A stretch of 64,000 nt of DNA from an uncultured virus (IMG/VR IMGVR_UViG_3300020165_000001). Taxonomy: Duplodnaviria; Heunggongvirae; Uroviricota; Caudoviricetes. The position numbers were made by a program, and so were the translations under genes. The stretch lies in IMG/VR virus record IMGVR_UViG_3300020165_000001; one strand, given 5' to 3'. Below are positions 1-9,422 of this stretch, piece after piece (positions within the stretch are counted from its first letter, which is position 1; every line of letters starts with the position of its first letter). Below the pieces are notes generated by a model. The model made no database searches, was not told where the DNA came from, and saw only the letters and a program-made list of their open reading frames with translations.

Positions 1-396
1 TCAGAGGATAATACTGTAGCTGAGATTAAAGCTTATATGGACGATGCGAGCGTAGATTACGCTTCAGGTGATACGAAAGCTGAATTACTTGAAAAGCTTT
101 ATGCGTCATCGCACGATACTCCACAAGCAGAAGAATCATATACTTACACGGATCAAGAGATAGACACAACAACAGCTTATACTCCAACGTGGAAAGAAGC
201 GGCTTTTAAAGGTAGTTTAGGTGCACCAAGAAAAAGTCTAGATGGTAACTTAATTGTAGTTAAAGGCGAATTTAGCTTAAGAACTGGTGAGTTATCTGCA
301 ATAATAGATCTTGGTAGCGGAATGGCTTACCCAAATAACTCTGTATTAACAAAAACTGAAGCTCAGATATTAGTAGCGAGTGAGCTGTTTATATAA
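1..396 (+). CDS. 5'-truncated virion-associated protein with HeH/LEM-like motif
   Basis: Frame is open from base 1. NTVAEIKAYMD...YASGDTKAELL resembles HeH/LEM-like helical motifs of phage proteins. Confidence 0.5.
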   Translation, partial: SEDNTVAEIKAYMDDASVDYASGDTKAELLEKLYASSHDTPQAEESYTYTDQEIDTTTAYTPTWKEAAFKGSLGAPRKSLDGNLIVVKGEFSLRTGELSAIIDLGSGMAYPNNSVLTKTEAQILVASELFI

Positions 397-404
397 TAAA
401 TTAT

Positions 405-536
405 ATGGGATTCATACAAAAATTAGCTAAAAGAAATCCAAGGGTTTATGATAAAATTCTTGAGGTTAAAAAACCTAAAAGAAAAATTCCTAAACTTACT
501 TTGCGTTATGTTTTTAATTTAAAAAACTGGAAATAA
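405..536 (+). CDS. Small basic hypothetical protein (43 aa, not in ORF track)
   Basis: ATG405 to TAA536, MGFIQKLAKRNPRVYDKILEVKKPKRK...; fills the gap between co-oriented genes. Confidence 0.5.
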   Translation: MGFIQKLAKRNPRVYDKILEVKKPKRKIPKLTLRYVFNLKNWK

Positions 537-537
537 T

Positions 538-1308
538 ATGGCAATGGGAAACGGATTATCATCAGCACATAATTATTACGTACCTGTTGTGGCTAGTCCT
601 GACAGTATACCTAACTTAGATTTATGGCTTAAATACAATACAGGATATACATCTGAAGATGATGAAACAACTGCATCTGGAAATATAAATGACAATGATA
701 GGTTAAAACAATGGGACGACCAATCAGGAAATAACAACCACGCATTACAATCTACTGAAGTAGATATGCCTAGATTTGAATCTGATGATAATTCAGTTAA
801 ATTTGCAAATAGAAGTAAATATATGAATTTAACTTCAAATATAATTATTAGTACTGGAGAAAATTTTACCGCTATAGTACGCGTTAAATTATCAGATATA
901 TCTAATACGCATGGTATATTTGGACATAGTGGTAATGATTTTTTCAGAATATTAACTGATGGTGTAGGGTTCAGAGTAAAAATAGAAGACTCAACTCAAA
1001 GCAATTGGATAGAAAGTTCTGAAACACTATCAAGTGGATCTTATTATATAATAACTTTAACTAGGAGTAATGAAGATACTGGAAACTTAACTGTACATGT
1101 TCATGGAGGGAGCTTTAATGATAAAGAGTGGGATGCGTCTGAAAATGCAACCGATACAGATGCTTTTACTATTAGTAATATAGGATGTGAATCTGATGAT
1201 CTTTTGAATTTAGGAGGTTATATACAAGATATTTTAATATATAATGGCACTGCTTTAGATTTAAAATCAAGAAATGAAATGTATGAATATTTAAATAATC
1301 AAGTGTAA
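538..1308 (+). CDS. LamG/concanavalin A-like lectin-domain virion protein
   Basis: LDLWLK...WDDQSGNNNHA...GYIQDILIYN pattern is typical of phage LamG-like domains. Confidence 0.7.
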   Translation: MAMGNGLSSAHNYYVPVVASPDSIPNLDLWLKYNTGYTSEDDETTASGNINDNDRLKQWDDQSGNNNHALQSTEVDMPRFESDDNSVKFANRSKYMNLTSNIIISTGENFTAIVRVKLSDISNTHGIFGHSGNDFFRILTDGVGFRVKIEDSTQSNWIESSETLSSGSYYIITLTRSNEDTGNLTVHVHGGSFNDKEWDASENATDTDAFTISNIGCESDDLLNLGGYIQDILIYNGTALDLKSRNEMYEYLNNQV

Positions 1309-1321
1309 TAAATTAATAATA

Positions 1322-1630
1322 ATGGCAACAACTGCACAAGAAATAGCATTAATGAAAAAAGACATTGAAACTTTGAAAGAGGACGTTAAAGAGATAAATA
1401 ACAAGCTGGATAGATTAATGGTGAAACTATTAGATCCAGATGAGGGTTTAGTTGTTAGAGTCAACAAGAACACTAGTAGGCTAGATAGGAGAGATGTTGA
1501 GCTACCTATGTGGTTAGGAAACCTTGAGCAGTTCAAACAAATGCAAAGATGGAAGTCAAACGTAACAAAAGCCCTTTGGGGTTTGTACGCCGCTATCATA
1601 GGTTATATTGTTAAACTAATATTCTGGTAA
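1322..1630 (+). CDS. Coiled-coil protein with C-terminal TM helix (XhlA/holin-like)
   Basis: N-terminal heptads, C-terminal ALWGLYAAIIGYIVKLIFW, and lysis-region context. Confidence 0.45.
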   Translation: MATTAQEIALMKKDIETLKEDVKEINNKLDRLMVKLLDPDEGLVVRVNKNTSRLDRRDVELPMWLGNLEQFKQMQRWKSNVTKALWGLYAAIIGYIVKLIFW

Positions 1631-1631
1631 A

Positions 1632-1844
1632 ATGAAAGGAATCATAAACTTCAAAGACTTTGCAAGTAATCCTGTTTCAGGGGTTTTACTATTATCTTTA
1701 ATAGCTATAGGTTATTTGTATGTTGACAACAAGACAACTTTAACAAGTCATATCAAAGTTCTACAAGAAGAGGTTATAACTTTAAGAGATGATTATAAAA
1801 AGTTAAACGACAAGTTTATAGAAACATTAAAAAATATAAGGTGA
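1632..1844 (+). CDS. Membrane-anchored coiled-coil protein, possible i-spanin
   Basis: One N-terminal TM segment followed by a coiled coil; overlaps the next gene (GTGA). Confidence 0.4.
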   Translation: MKGIINFKDFASNPVSGVLLLSLIAIGYLYVDNKTTLTSHIKVLQEEVITLRDDYKKLNDKFIETLKNIR

Positions 1845-2284
1845 GAAAAATATGCTATACTTTATTATTTATTCTATTTTCTTGCTCTGGATTAGAGAGG
1901 CCTTTGGAAGAAACAAGCGTAATGATTAATAATGACTTAGATAGTTTAATAAAACTAGCAGATAAAGCTATAGATAATCTAAACAATAGAAAAGAACAAA
2001 CAAAAGAAGCTCAATTAAAATTAAACAAAAGACTTTTAGATATTGCTCGCTTAAAAGATCGCTACAAAGATAGTATAGGTGATTTAAGAAGTTTAAAACT
2101 AATCAACAGGGATAGTGTTATATACGATTATAGAATTGAAACGCACGAAATAGTTGATAGCGTTGAGATTACGGTTTATATACCAGATTCAATATGCCCT
2201 GTTTGTACACGCAAAAAAGAAAACTCAATATTTAATATATTTAAAAATAAAAAAAATAAAAATTATGAAAAAAGCAATTTGTAA
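1841..2284 (+). CDS. Lipoprotein, possible o-spanin
   Basis: Signal peptide II-like MRKICYTLLFILFS-C followed by a coiled coil. Confidence 0.45.
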   Translation: MRKICYTLLFILFSCSGLERPLEETSVMINNDLDSLIKLADKAIDNLNNRKEQTKEAQLKLNKRLLDIARLKDRYKDSIGDLRSLKLINRDSVIYDYRIETHEIVDSVEITVYIPDSICPVCTRKKENSIFNIFKNKKNKNYEKSNL

Positions 2285-2351
2285 ACTTATAAAAAAAATA
2301 ACTTTTGGTAGATACTGTTTAGGTTACTGCTATAATAAATAAAAAAATAAC

Positions 2352-2597
2352 ATGAGCTTATTAACTAGTATTGGAGGTATACCACTATATAGCACAGTTG
2401 CAGAAGCATTAGCTTGGGCCGCTGCAAATAATAAGACAGGGTTTCACACGCATACATATCAAGGGCAAACAGGATATATGGGTGGAGCAACACATGGTGC
2501 AGCAGCGTCATCCTCACAAGGGTTAAACGGTAGTAATCAAATTATAAATAATACTACAAACAATAACACAAATAATAATTTTAATTCAGGATATTAA
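2352..2597 (+). CDS. Hypothetical protein (GFHTH...YMGG motif, Asn-rich tail)
   Basis: ORF with A-rich leader, co-oriented with neighbours. Confidence 0.55.
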   Translation: MSLLTSIGGIPLYSTVAEALAWAAANNKTGFHTHTYQGQTGYMGGATHGAAASSSQGLNGSNQIINNTTNNNTNNNFNSGY

Positions 2598-2598
2598 T

Positions 2599-2985
2599 AT
2601 GTTAAGTAAATTATTTTCAAGCGGAGCTAAAGAGTTAGTAAAAAGTATAGGCGGTGTAATAGATGAGTTTCATACAAGTAAAGAAGAGAAGCTTGCTGCT
2701 GAATTAAAAGTAAAAGAACTTTTATCCAACTACGAGATAGAAATGGAACGCCAAGTAACTGCTAGATGGGAGTCAGATATGAAATCAGATTCTTGGTTAA
2801 GTAAAAACGTAAGACCAATGACACTTATATTTCTAGTAGTAAGTTCTGTATTAATGATATTTATTGACTCAGGGACAATTAATTTTACTGTAGATGATGA
2901 ATGGAAAAGCTTACTACAACTAGTATTAGTAACAGTAATAGGAGCTTATTTTGGAGGTAGGTCTTATGAGAAAATAAAAAAATAG
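2599..2985 (+). CDS. 3TM holin-like protein
   Basis: RWESDMKSDSWLSKNVRP followed by TM segments and GAYFGGRS, the signature of the GTA-type 3TM holin family. Confidence 0.75.
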   Translation: MLSKLFSSGAKELVKSIGGVIDEFHTSKEEKLAAELKVKELLSNYEIEMERQVTARWESDMKSDSWLSKNVRPMTLIFLVVSSVLMIFIDSGTINFTVDDEWKSLLQLVLVTVIGAYFGGRSYEKIKK

Positions 2986-2986
2986 T

Positions 2987-3244
2987 ATGAGTAAAGAAGA
3001 TGATAATGACGAAAAACTTTATCATGAAAGTATGCAAAATGCTTATATACTTATAACAAAGAAATTAAGTTTTAATGATCTATTTGAATATAATGGGTGC
3101 TCATTACCCTTTGCGCCAAAAAAAAAGGTGTCTAATAAGGTATTTGACAATTTAATTGATTATTTTTGTACATTAGAAGAGTACGAAAAATGTGCGGAGC
3201 TAAAAAAGATTAAAGAATCTAAAAAAAAGATAACAATAATATAA
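2987..3244 (+). CDS. Hypothetical protein with UVR-like C-terminal motif
   Basis: EEYEKCAELKK resembles the UvrB/UvrC (UVR) motif. Confidence 0.5.
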   Translation: MSKEDDNDEKLYHESMQNAYILITKKLSFNDLFEYNGCSLPFAPKKKVSNKVFDNLIDYFCTLEEYEKCAELKKIKESKKKITII

Positions 3245-3255
3245 AAATAATTTAT

Positions 3256-3263
3256 TAAATTTG
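3256..3263 (+). promoter_or_regulatory. Bacteroidota-type -7 promoter element
   Basis: TAAATTTG matches TAnnTTTG; intergenic, upstream of ATG3279. Confidence 0.6.
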
Positions 3264-3278
3264 TAAAAATATAAAATC

Positions 3279-3668
3279 ATGCCACAAAATTATACATTCT
3301 CAGCATCAGCAAACGTTTCAGCAACATCAACTACTGGATATTCACAAAATGCTTCTGGTAGTTTTAGTTTAAATATAACTGGTGTAGATCAAGTAGCTAC
3401 AGGAAGATTAGATGTAGCTCATGATAGTGATGCTACTATTATGGCTGCAGCAGGATTTGGTAGAGCAGTTTATGTTCGTAACCTTGACGATACAAATTTT
3501 GTTACTATTTACAATGGAGCATCCTCTGGTACTGATCCAATTGCTGTATTAGAACCAGGAGAATTTTGTTTTACAGTTTTACGATCTACAACTACGACAG
3601 TAGCTAAAGCTGACACTGCTACAGTAACTGTAGAATACTTTGCTTTAGAGATAGACACAAACGCTTAA
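3279..3668 (+). CDS. Small beta-rich virion protein (paralogue family A)
   Basis: YVRNLDD and LEPGEF motifs shared with ORFs 3693 and 38196. Confidence 0.55.
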   Translation: MPQNYTFSASANVSATSTTGYSQNASGSFSLNITGVDQVATGRLDVAHDSDATIMAAAGFGRAVYVRNLDDTNFVTIYNGASSGTDPIAVLEPGEFCFTVLRSTTTTVAKADTATVTVEYFALEIDTNA

Positions 3669-3692
3669 TTAATAACATTAAAAAAAATAGAT

Positions 3693-4106
3693 ATGGCATC
3701 AATGCACACAACATACACAGCTTCAGGATCTTTTACATTAACAGATGAAAGAGGAGTTGTTGTATTTTCATATAATCCTTCCTTTACAGCTGAAACTAAT
3801 ACTACAGCTCACGCTTTATACGGAGGAGAGCATTTAGTTCAAACTGGTAATTCACAATTAGAGTGTGGTTCTGATATTAATGTAGATAGAGTTTATGCTT
3901 TTTTAAAGCACGTAGACACAGACTATGCTATTACAGTATTGCCTGATTCAGGACAAAATGTTGAAATAAGTCACTTAAAACCAGGAGAGTTTTTCTTTGC
4001 TCCTGTAGATTTAAATGCTGATGGTTCAGGAACTTCTTTAAGAGTTACTGCAGCTACAGCTGATCAGAAATTGCAATACCTTATTTGTGACGCTTTAGAT
4101 AACTAA
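3693..4106 (+). CDS. Small beta-rich virion protein (paralogue family A)
   Basis: FLKHVDT and LKPGEF motifs; tandem paralogue of the previous ORF. Confidence 0.55.
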   Translation: MASMHTTYTASGSFTLTDERGVVVFSYNPSFTAETNTTAHALYGGEHLVQTGNSQLECGSDINVDRVYAFLKHVDTDYAITVLPDSGQNVEISHLKPGEFFFAPVDLNADGSGTSLRVTAATADQKLQYLICDALDN

Positions 4107-4118
4107 GATAAGTAAAAC

Positions 4119-4598
4119 ATGAAACTTAAAGTATTAAGATTTAGTAGCCAGGAGGATAGTACTTCTGGCTTACTTTTTTTAGATGGAGATCTTGGCTTAC
4201 AATTCTTATGTTATACACTAGAAGATGAAAAAAGAGCTTTAAAAGTTAGAGGGGAAACTAGAGTGCCTGCTGGTACCTATAAAATAGAATTAAGGAAAGA
4301 AGGGGGATTTCATAATAAATACAAAAAGAAATATGGTAGCCTACATAAAGGAATGTTACACGTTACTAATGTCCCGAATTTTGAATATATCCTTATACAT
4401 ACTGGTAATTCTGATGAGCATACTGCTGGATGTTTACTTTTGGGTGATTCGCAGGAAAATAACAACATTATCAAAGATGGTTTTATTGGAAAGTCCGTTA
4501 ATGCGTACAAGAGAGTATATCCGTATATTGTTAAAGCCTTAGAGTTAAATCAAGAGGTTACTATTGAATATATAGATTTTGATGGCCTAGATAATTAA
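4119..4598 (+). CDS. DUF5675-family protein (L,D-transpeptidase-like, candidate endolysin)
   Basis: CYTLED...TRVPAGTY...ILIHTGN...HTAGCLLLG family signature. Confidence 0.8.
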   Translation: MKLKVLRFSSQEDSTSGLLFLDGDLGLQFLCYTLEDEKRALKVRGETRVPAGTYKIELRKEGGFHNKYKKKYGSLHKGMLHVTNVPNFEYILIHTGNSDEHTAGCLLLGDSQENNNIIKDGFIGKSVNAYKRVYPYIVKALELNQEVTIEYIDFDGLDN

Positions 4599-4603
4599 TT
4601 AGT

Positions 4604-5539
4604 ATGAAATGGATAGGTCAACATATATGGGACTTTATATCTAGATTTCGTAATGACATTTATTTAGAAGACATATCTACTGGAACTATAGCTAGTGGAG
4701 GCAACTTAGGTTTAGATACAAATAACAAAATTGTAAAAGCAGCAGAAGCTATAGGTGATATAACTGGAGTTACTATTACAACAGATTCAGGGGCAGATAA
4801 TAAAGCAGAAGATACTAGTGGAAGTGCTGATTTTAGCATACTTGGTAGTAGTGGTGTTGATGTTACTAATAGCACATCTACAATTACCGTTAATAGCGTT
4901 CCAGGTGAAATAGATCATGATTCTCTTTTAAACTTTACCGCTAACAAACACTACACTCAAGCAAGTATCACAACAGTTGGGACAATTTCAACTGGAGAAT
5001 GGAGAGCAGACGCTATTAACGGAAGTTATATTGCTAATAATACTATTGATTCCGAACACTATGTTAGTGCTTCTATAGACACAGCTCATATAGCTGATGA
5101 TCAAGTAACGTTTGCAAAAGCACAGGGTGTTACACCGAATGTGTATGACAACATCATAAAGCTATTACCTTCTGACTTTGTAACAAATGATGATGGTGGT
5201 GTTACTAAATTTGGTATTGGGTATGTAGATGCTGCTGGGTCTACTTACGGTATGAAACCTACAAACGCGGATACCGAGTTATATACATTTGTTTCTATAC
5301 CACAAGGTATGAAAGCTACGCACGTCGATGTTTTTGATAAGTATAATAAGGGAGTGATTGTTTACGAGGCACAGATAAACGCAACAACGTTAACGTCTAA
5401 AGGTACTGGTAACTGTAACACAACAATAGATATAACAGATGTAAGTTCAACTGCAACAAACTTTTTAGCAATACAAGTAACAACAACTGCTACCTCCGAT
5501 AGAGTTTTTGGTGGACAAGTAACTATAGCAGCAATATAA
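4604..5539 (+). CDS. Tail/head fibre-like protein
   Basis: Thr/Ser/Gly-rich with IANNTIDSEHYVSASIDTAHIADDQVT decamer repeats. Confidence 0.6.
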   Translation: MKWIGQHIWDFISRFRNDIYLEDISTGTIASGGNLGLDTNNKIVKAAEAIGDITGVTITTDSGADNKAEDTSGSADFSILGSSGVDVTNSTSTITVNSVPGEIDHDSLLNFTANKHYTQASITTVGTISTGEWRADAINGSYIANNTIDSEHYVSASIDTAHIADDQVTFAKAQGVTPNVYDNIIKLLPSDFVTNDDGGVTKFGIGYVDAAGSTYGMKPTNADTELYTFVSIPQGMKATHVDVFDKYNKGVIVYEAQINATTLTSKGTGNCNTTIDITDVSSTATNFLAIQVTTTATSDRVFGGQVTIAAI

Positions 5540-5550
5540 AATAAAACAAT

Positions 5551-6141
5551 ATGCCAATAATAAAAGATAAATATAAAGCTAAAAGCACAAGAACAACACC
5601 TATTATAGCTAGAAATAGTAAAGTTGATACTAGAAGCAATACAGATAATTTTTCTGAAAGTTTAAATACAGAGCAACTACAAGCTATTGCGACACAAGAT
5701 GCTCGTAATAACACAAATATTATAGGAGCTGGTCATGAGGGTATCGTAACAACAAATGGACCTGTAATTACAGGTAAAATTAGTGCTTATAATTTAACTA
5801 ATCCAGATCTAATAGAAAATGTATTTATATTAGGTCTTAATGAGAAATTAAACAATATAACAATTAACTACCAAAACAAATATCAAACAGCAAGTACTGT
5901 TAGTTTATTTTGGAGTATATATCCAATTTCAGAAATTAATAATATAGCAGCAGATGGTCTTTTATCTACACTAGACGGTAAACTAAATACTTTAGTATCA
6001 TCAGTATTTCCTGCTAATACAAGTATAAATCTACAAGATTTATGCCAAGGTTTTGAAAATTTAGGTAAAAATATTTATTTTTATGGTCTTGCAAGTGAGG
6101 CTGATGCATTAGGCGTAACATATAATTTTTTAGTTGGATAA
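5551..6141 (+). CDS. Hypothetical protein, possibly structural
   Basis: 196-aa ORF in the operon. Confidence 0.5.
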   Translation: MPIIKDKYKAKSTRTTPIIARNSKVDTRSNTDNFSESLNTEQLQAIATQDARNNTNIIGAGHEGIVTTNGPVITGKISAYNLTNPDLIENVFILGLNEKLNNITINYQNKYQTASTVSLFWSIYPISEINNIAADGLLSTLDGKLNTLVSSVFPANTSINLQDLCQGFENLGKNIYFYGLASEADALGVTYNFLVG

Positions 6142-6385
6142 GGCTACTAAAAGATATAATATTCCTATCTGGCTATCTAGTTGGACTTTTATTGATGGTA
6201 ATAAAAAGAAATATATATTAAATAACTTTATTGTAAAAGGACATAATAAAGGAGAAATTTTTACTAACAAAAAAATTGTTAATAAAGCAGTTAATAAATT
6301 AAAAAGAGGACGTAAAAAAGGAAAGATAGTTCCTGTAAATTTATCACTGATAAGCCAGCATGGATTTGGCGTTAATGATAATTAA
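6134..6385 (+). CDS. Basic hypothetical protein
   Basis: 83-aa ORF with TTG start overlapping the previous stop. Confidence 0.5.
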   Translation: MDKATKRYNIPIWLSSWTFIDGNKKKYILNNFIVKGHNKGEIFTNKKIVNKAVNKLKRGRKKGKIVPVNLSLISQHGFGVNDN

Positions 6386-6396
6386 TAAAATACAAA

Positions 6397-7680
6397 ATGT
6401 CTTTAAATGATGAAATCAGGGAGTATCTATTAAACAACCCACACTTAATGCGTAGCAAATACGCAGACACCGCTAAAAAATTTGGAACTAATTATGAGCA
6501 AGTTAGATTAGTAGCTAGAAGGTTAAGAGCAAAAAATCCAGATACAGAGCCTAAAGAAAAAGAAGTTATAAATTTTCAAGAAACCAAAACTAATGCTATA
6601 TTAACAGCAGAAAATTGCACTAGAGTAAAGTCTTTAGAGGATCTTTTATCTGCATGTGAAGTTGATTTAAATAATTGGGAAGTAGAAAAATATGACATTG
6701 GTACATATGAAGTTACAGGTTTTGATAACGATAGAAATCCTGTTACAGTTACAATGTTTAGGACAAAAGCATTTCTAAAAAGAATTAAAGCGGAACTTAA
6801 CTTAAGTAAACTTAAGGAAGAACTTATTGAAGATTTACGTAATTTATCTCCTAAGGTTTCAAAAATTAAAAGAAAAAGACCTGATGATAGAAGTGATTTA
6901 CATCTATTAGAAATTTCAGCTTTTGATTTACATTTAGGTAAAATTGGTATAAAAGGAGATGAGTATAGTATGGAGATAGCTGAGAACCGTCTTTTAAACG
7001 CTATAGAGCACTTATTATACAGAGCTCAAGGCTACTACATAGATAAGATACTTTTTATTGTAGGGCATGATTTATTAAACTCTGATAAGGATTGGCCTAT
7101 ACCAGCAACAACAAGAGGTACGCCTCAATTTAATTCAGACTATCATATAGACATGTATAGACAAGCTAGAAAACTTATGATTAAAGCTATTGATATACTA
7201 TCTGAAGTGGCTGACGTTCATGTTATGGTAATACCAGGTAATCATGATAGAGAGTCTGTAATGCACTTAGGTGATACATTAGAGCTTTATTATGACAACA
7301 ATAAAAATATTAAAGTAGATAATAGTGATTGTTTAATGAAGGCATTACCTTATGGTAACAATCTTATTATATCTGATCATGGTGATGGTCCTAAGACAGC
7401 CAACCTTCCAGGTATTATAGCTCAAAGGTTTAAAAACTTATGGAGTGATACTGTGTATGTAGAAGTACACAGAGGGCACTTTCATACTAATAAAGCCATG
7501 AAGCTGCAGGCCATAGAAGAACTTAACGGTATAACTGTTAGAAATCTTTCATCTATGTCTGCAACTGATTATTGGCATGATAGTAAAGGTTTTATTGGTA
7601 ATATAAAAAAGGCACAAGCTTTTATATACAGTAGACAAAACGGTTTACAAGGTATACTAAACTATAACGTTAGCGTTTAG
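6397..7680 (+). CDS. Calcineurin-like metallophosphoesterase with N-terminal HTH-like region
   Basis: DLHLG, GHD, PGNHD, HGD and GHFH motifs in canonical order. Confidence 0.85.
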   Translation: MSLNDEIREYLLNNPHLMRSKYADTAKKFGTNYEQVRLVARRLRAKNPDTEPKEKEVINFQETKTNAILTAENCTRVKSLEDLLSACEVDLNNWEVEKYDIGTYEVTGFDNDRNPVTVTMFRTKAFLKRIKAELNLSKLKEELIEDLRNLSPKVSKIKRKRPDDRSDLHLLEISAFDLHLGKIGIKGDEYSMEIAENRLLNAIEHLLYRAQGYYIDKILFIVGHDLLNSDKDWPIPATTRGTPQFNSDYHIDMYRQARKLMIKAIDILSEVADVHVMVIPGNHDRESVMHLGDTLELYYDNNKNIKVDNSDCLMKALPYGNNLIISDHGDGPKTANLPGIIAQRFKNLWSDTVYVEVHRGHFHTNKAMKLQAIEELNGITVRNLSSMSATDYWHDSKGFIGNIKKAQAFIYSRQNGLQGILNYNVSV

Positions 7681-7885
7681 TAAGATCCTCTTCTAGAATT
7701 TTAATAAGTACATTCTTATTATGTAGAGGTCTTGCATTTTTACCTTTATGTTTATTAAAGGCATAATATTCAGATGGGTTATATATTTGCTTAACTTCTC
7801 TAATAAGTCCTTTCTTATTAAATTTTACAATCCATCTAATGTTATCATCTTGATTAGTAGATTTTAAATGCTTTAAGAATCCCAT
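7670..7885 (-). CDS. Hypothetical protein
   Basis: 71-aa ORF coupled to GroES; last gene of the minus block. Confidence 0.5.
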   Translation of the reverse strand: MGFLKHLKSTNQDDNIRWIVKFNKKGLIREVKQIYNPSEYYAFNKHKGKNARPLHNKNVLIKILEEDLTKR

Positions 7886-8145
7886 TACTTTTCTATTTTA
7901 GCTATGATCTGAGTTTCATAAAATAAGAAATACTCTTCTTCTTCATAAGTTACTGGAGTTATTCCCATAGGATCAAATATAACATAATCACCTTTATTTA
8001 ACTCTTCTACCTTTTCCCCTACAGATACTACTATTCCCCTGTCAGGTATATCAGGCAATATCTCAGTTAGTATAATTCCTGATTCTGTTGTTTCTTTTGG
8101 TTTGTCTGGATTAATTATAACCCTGGTACCTACTGCTTTTATCAT
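7885..8145 (-). CDS. groES: Co-chaperonin GroES (Cpn10)
   Basis: AVGTRVII...TTESGIIL...GIVVSVG...GDYVIF...QIIAKI. Confidence 0.9.
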   Translation of the reverse strand: MIKAVGTRVIINPDKPKETTESGIILTEILPDIPDRGIVVSVGEKVEELNKGDYVIFDPMGITPVTYEEEEYFLFYETQIIAKIEK

Positions 8146-8285
8146 AGTGTGAATTTTTTATGGGTGTTACCCGTTATTAAACATAAATAGTCTTGTTCTG
8201 TAGTGTAGACTCTTCTTCTGCAGCTAGAGTTATGAAACCCCATACTGTGTAATATATAACTTAGTTTTTTCTTTAAATTAAACAT
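8142..8285 (-). CDS. Small hypothetical protein with H-C-C-H residues (47 aa, not in track)
   Basis: MFNLKKKLSYILHSMGFHNSSCRRRVYTTEQDYLCLITGNTHKKFTL; its TGA overlaps the groES ATG (ATGA). Confidence 0.5.
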   Translation of the reverse strand: MFNLKKKLSYILHSMGFHNSSCRRRVYTTEQDYLCLITGNTHKKFTL

Positions 8286-8418
8286 ACCATACTTTGTATA
8301 CCTTAGTACCATTAGAGGTGGTACATGCGAGTTCTTTCTTTTTTATTTCCTTTTCTTTTAACTTGCTTTTGTCCCAGTATTTTGGATTCTTGCTGTTCAG
8401 CTTCCTTTTTTTTGTCAT
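8278..8418 (-). CDS. Small Lys-rich protein (46 aa, not in track)
   Basis: MTKKRKLNSKNPKYWDKSKLKEKEIKKKELACTTSNGTKVYKVWYV, translated by hand. Confidence 0.55.
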   Translation of the reverse strand: MTKKRKLNSKNPKYWDKSKLKEKEIKKKELACTTSNGTKVYKVWYV

Positions 8419-8496
8419 AAAGCTCTATGTTTTTAATTAATTTTTGATTCTGTTTTTTCATATTTTGTCCAGTTTATTAGTTAAAAAACTAGACAC

Positions 8497-8553
8497 ATTA
8501 TATGTATTTGCATTCTTTAAGGTTGATTTGACCTCTATTATATGTATTTGCAT
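8497..8553. repeat. 17-bp direct repeat, two copies
   Basis: ATTATATGTATTTGCAT at 8497-8513 and 8537-8553. Confidence 0.85.
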
Positions 8554-8567
8554 ATCTATTGTTTTAG

Positions 8568-9422
8568 TTAAAATATATATCTTATTTTATTCCAAGGTAT
8601 AACAATATCGTGTAAATCTACAAATTGTTTTATGTATTCACGTTTTAATTTATAATTATATCTAACGTTTTTTCCACCATACTGGGATGTTTTAGTTTCC
8701 TGTATATTAGGAGTCCATATATCTACTTCTGTTTGTGGGTGATTTTTTAAGTTTAACGTATGTCTTTCAAAGTTATGAGTTAAAAATATACACTCTGAAA
8801 ATACTTGCTCTTTATACTGTACATAATCATTCATCATGCTAAAAAGCTCAAAGTAATCGTTTAACCATCCCTCGTATACTATAATTGGGCTATAGTTTAC
8901 ATGAACATCATAACCTGCTTTTATAAAAGCATCAATAGCTTTAATTCTGTCTATAATTTTAGATGTTTTAGGCTCGTGTATATCAGCTTTGCGCTGTGGC
9001 ATTAAGCTAAATCTGATACGTATTTTACATTCAGGATCAAATTCAATTAAATCTGGATTAACATACTTCGTTGCAAAACTACCCATAATATCAGGATGAT
9101 TTTTAAAGAATGTAAATATTTTTTTCCACTCATGATGTTTAGCGTGAAGAGCAAAATCTTCATTACAACTTATATCGTAAGTTATATATTTCTCATGTGT
9201 TTGGTTTGGTTTGTTAACTACTGCAAATGCAGCATGACTATTAATTTCAGTTAAAATATCTTCAGTGTTTGTAGCTACAGACAGCCCTCTAGGTCTATGG
9301 CGTTTCATATAACAATAAGAACAGTTATACAAACAGCCATAACCAAAACTAGGGGATATAAAATCTGTAGACCTACCAGAAGGTCGTATTTTAAATGTTT
9401 TTCTGTTAACTTTTTTGATCAT
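8568..9422 (-). CDS. Spore photoproduct lyase-like radical SAM protein
   Basis: SFGYGCLYNCSYCYM (CxxxCxxC), FATKYVN, IRIRFSLMPQ, AGYDVHVNYSPII match the SplB family. Confidence 0.8.
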   Translation of the reverse strand: MIKKVNRKTFKIRPSGRSTDFISPSFGYGCLYNCSYCYMKRHRPRGLSVATNTEDILTEINSHAAFAVVNKPNQTHEKYITYDISCNEDFALHAKHHEWKKIFTFFKNHPDIMGSFATKYVNPDLIEFDPECKIRIRFSLMPQRKADIHEPKTSKIIDRIKAIDAFIKAGYDVHVNYSPIIVYEGWLNDYFELFSMMNDYVQYKEQVFSECIFLTHNFERHTLNLKNHPQTEVDIWTPNIQETKTSQYGGKNVRYNYKLKREYIKQFVDLHDIVIPWNKIRYIF

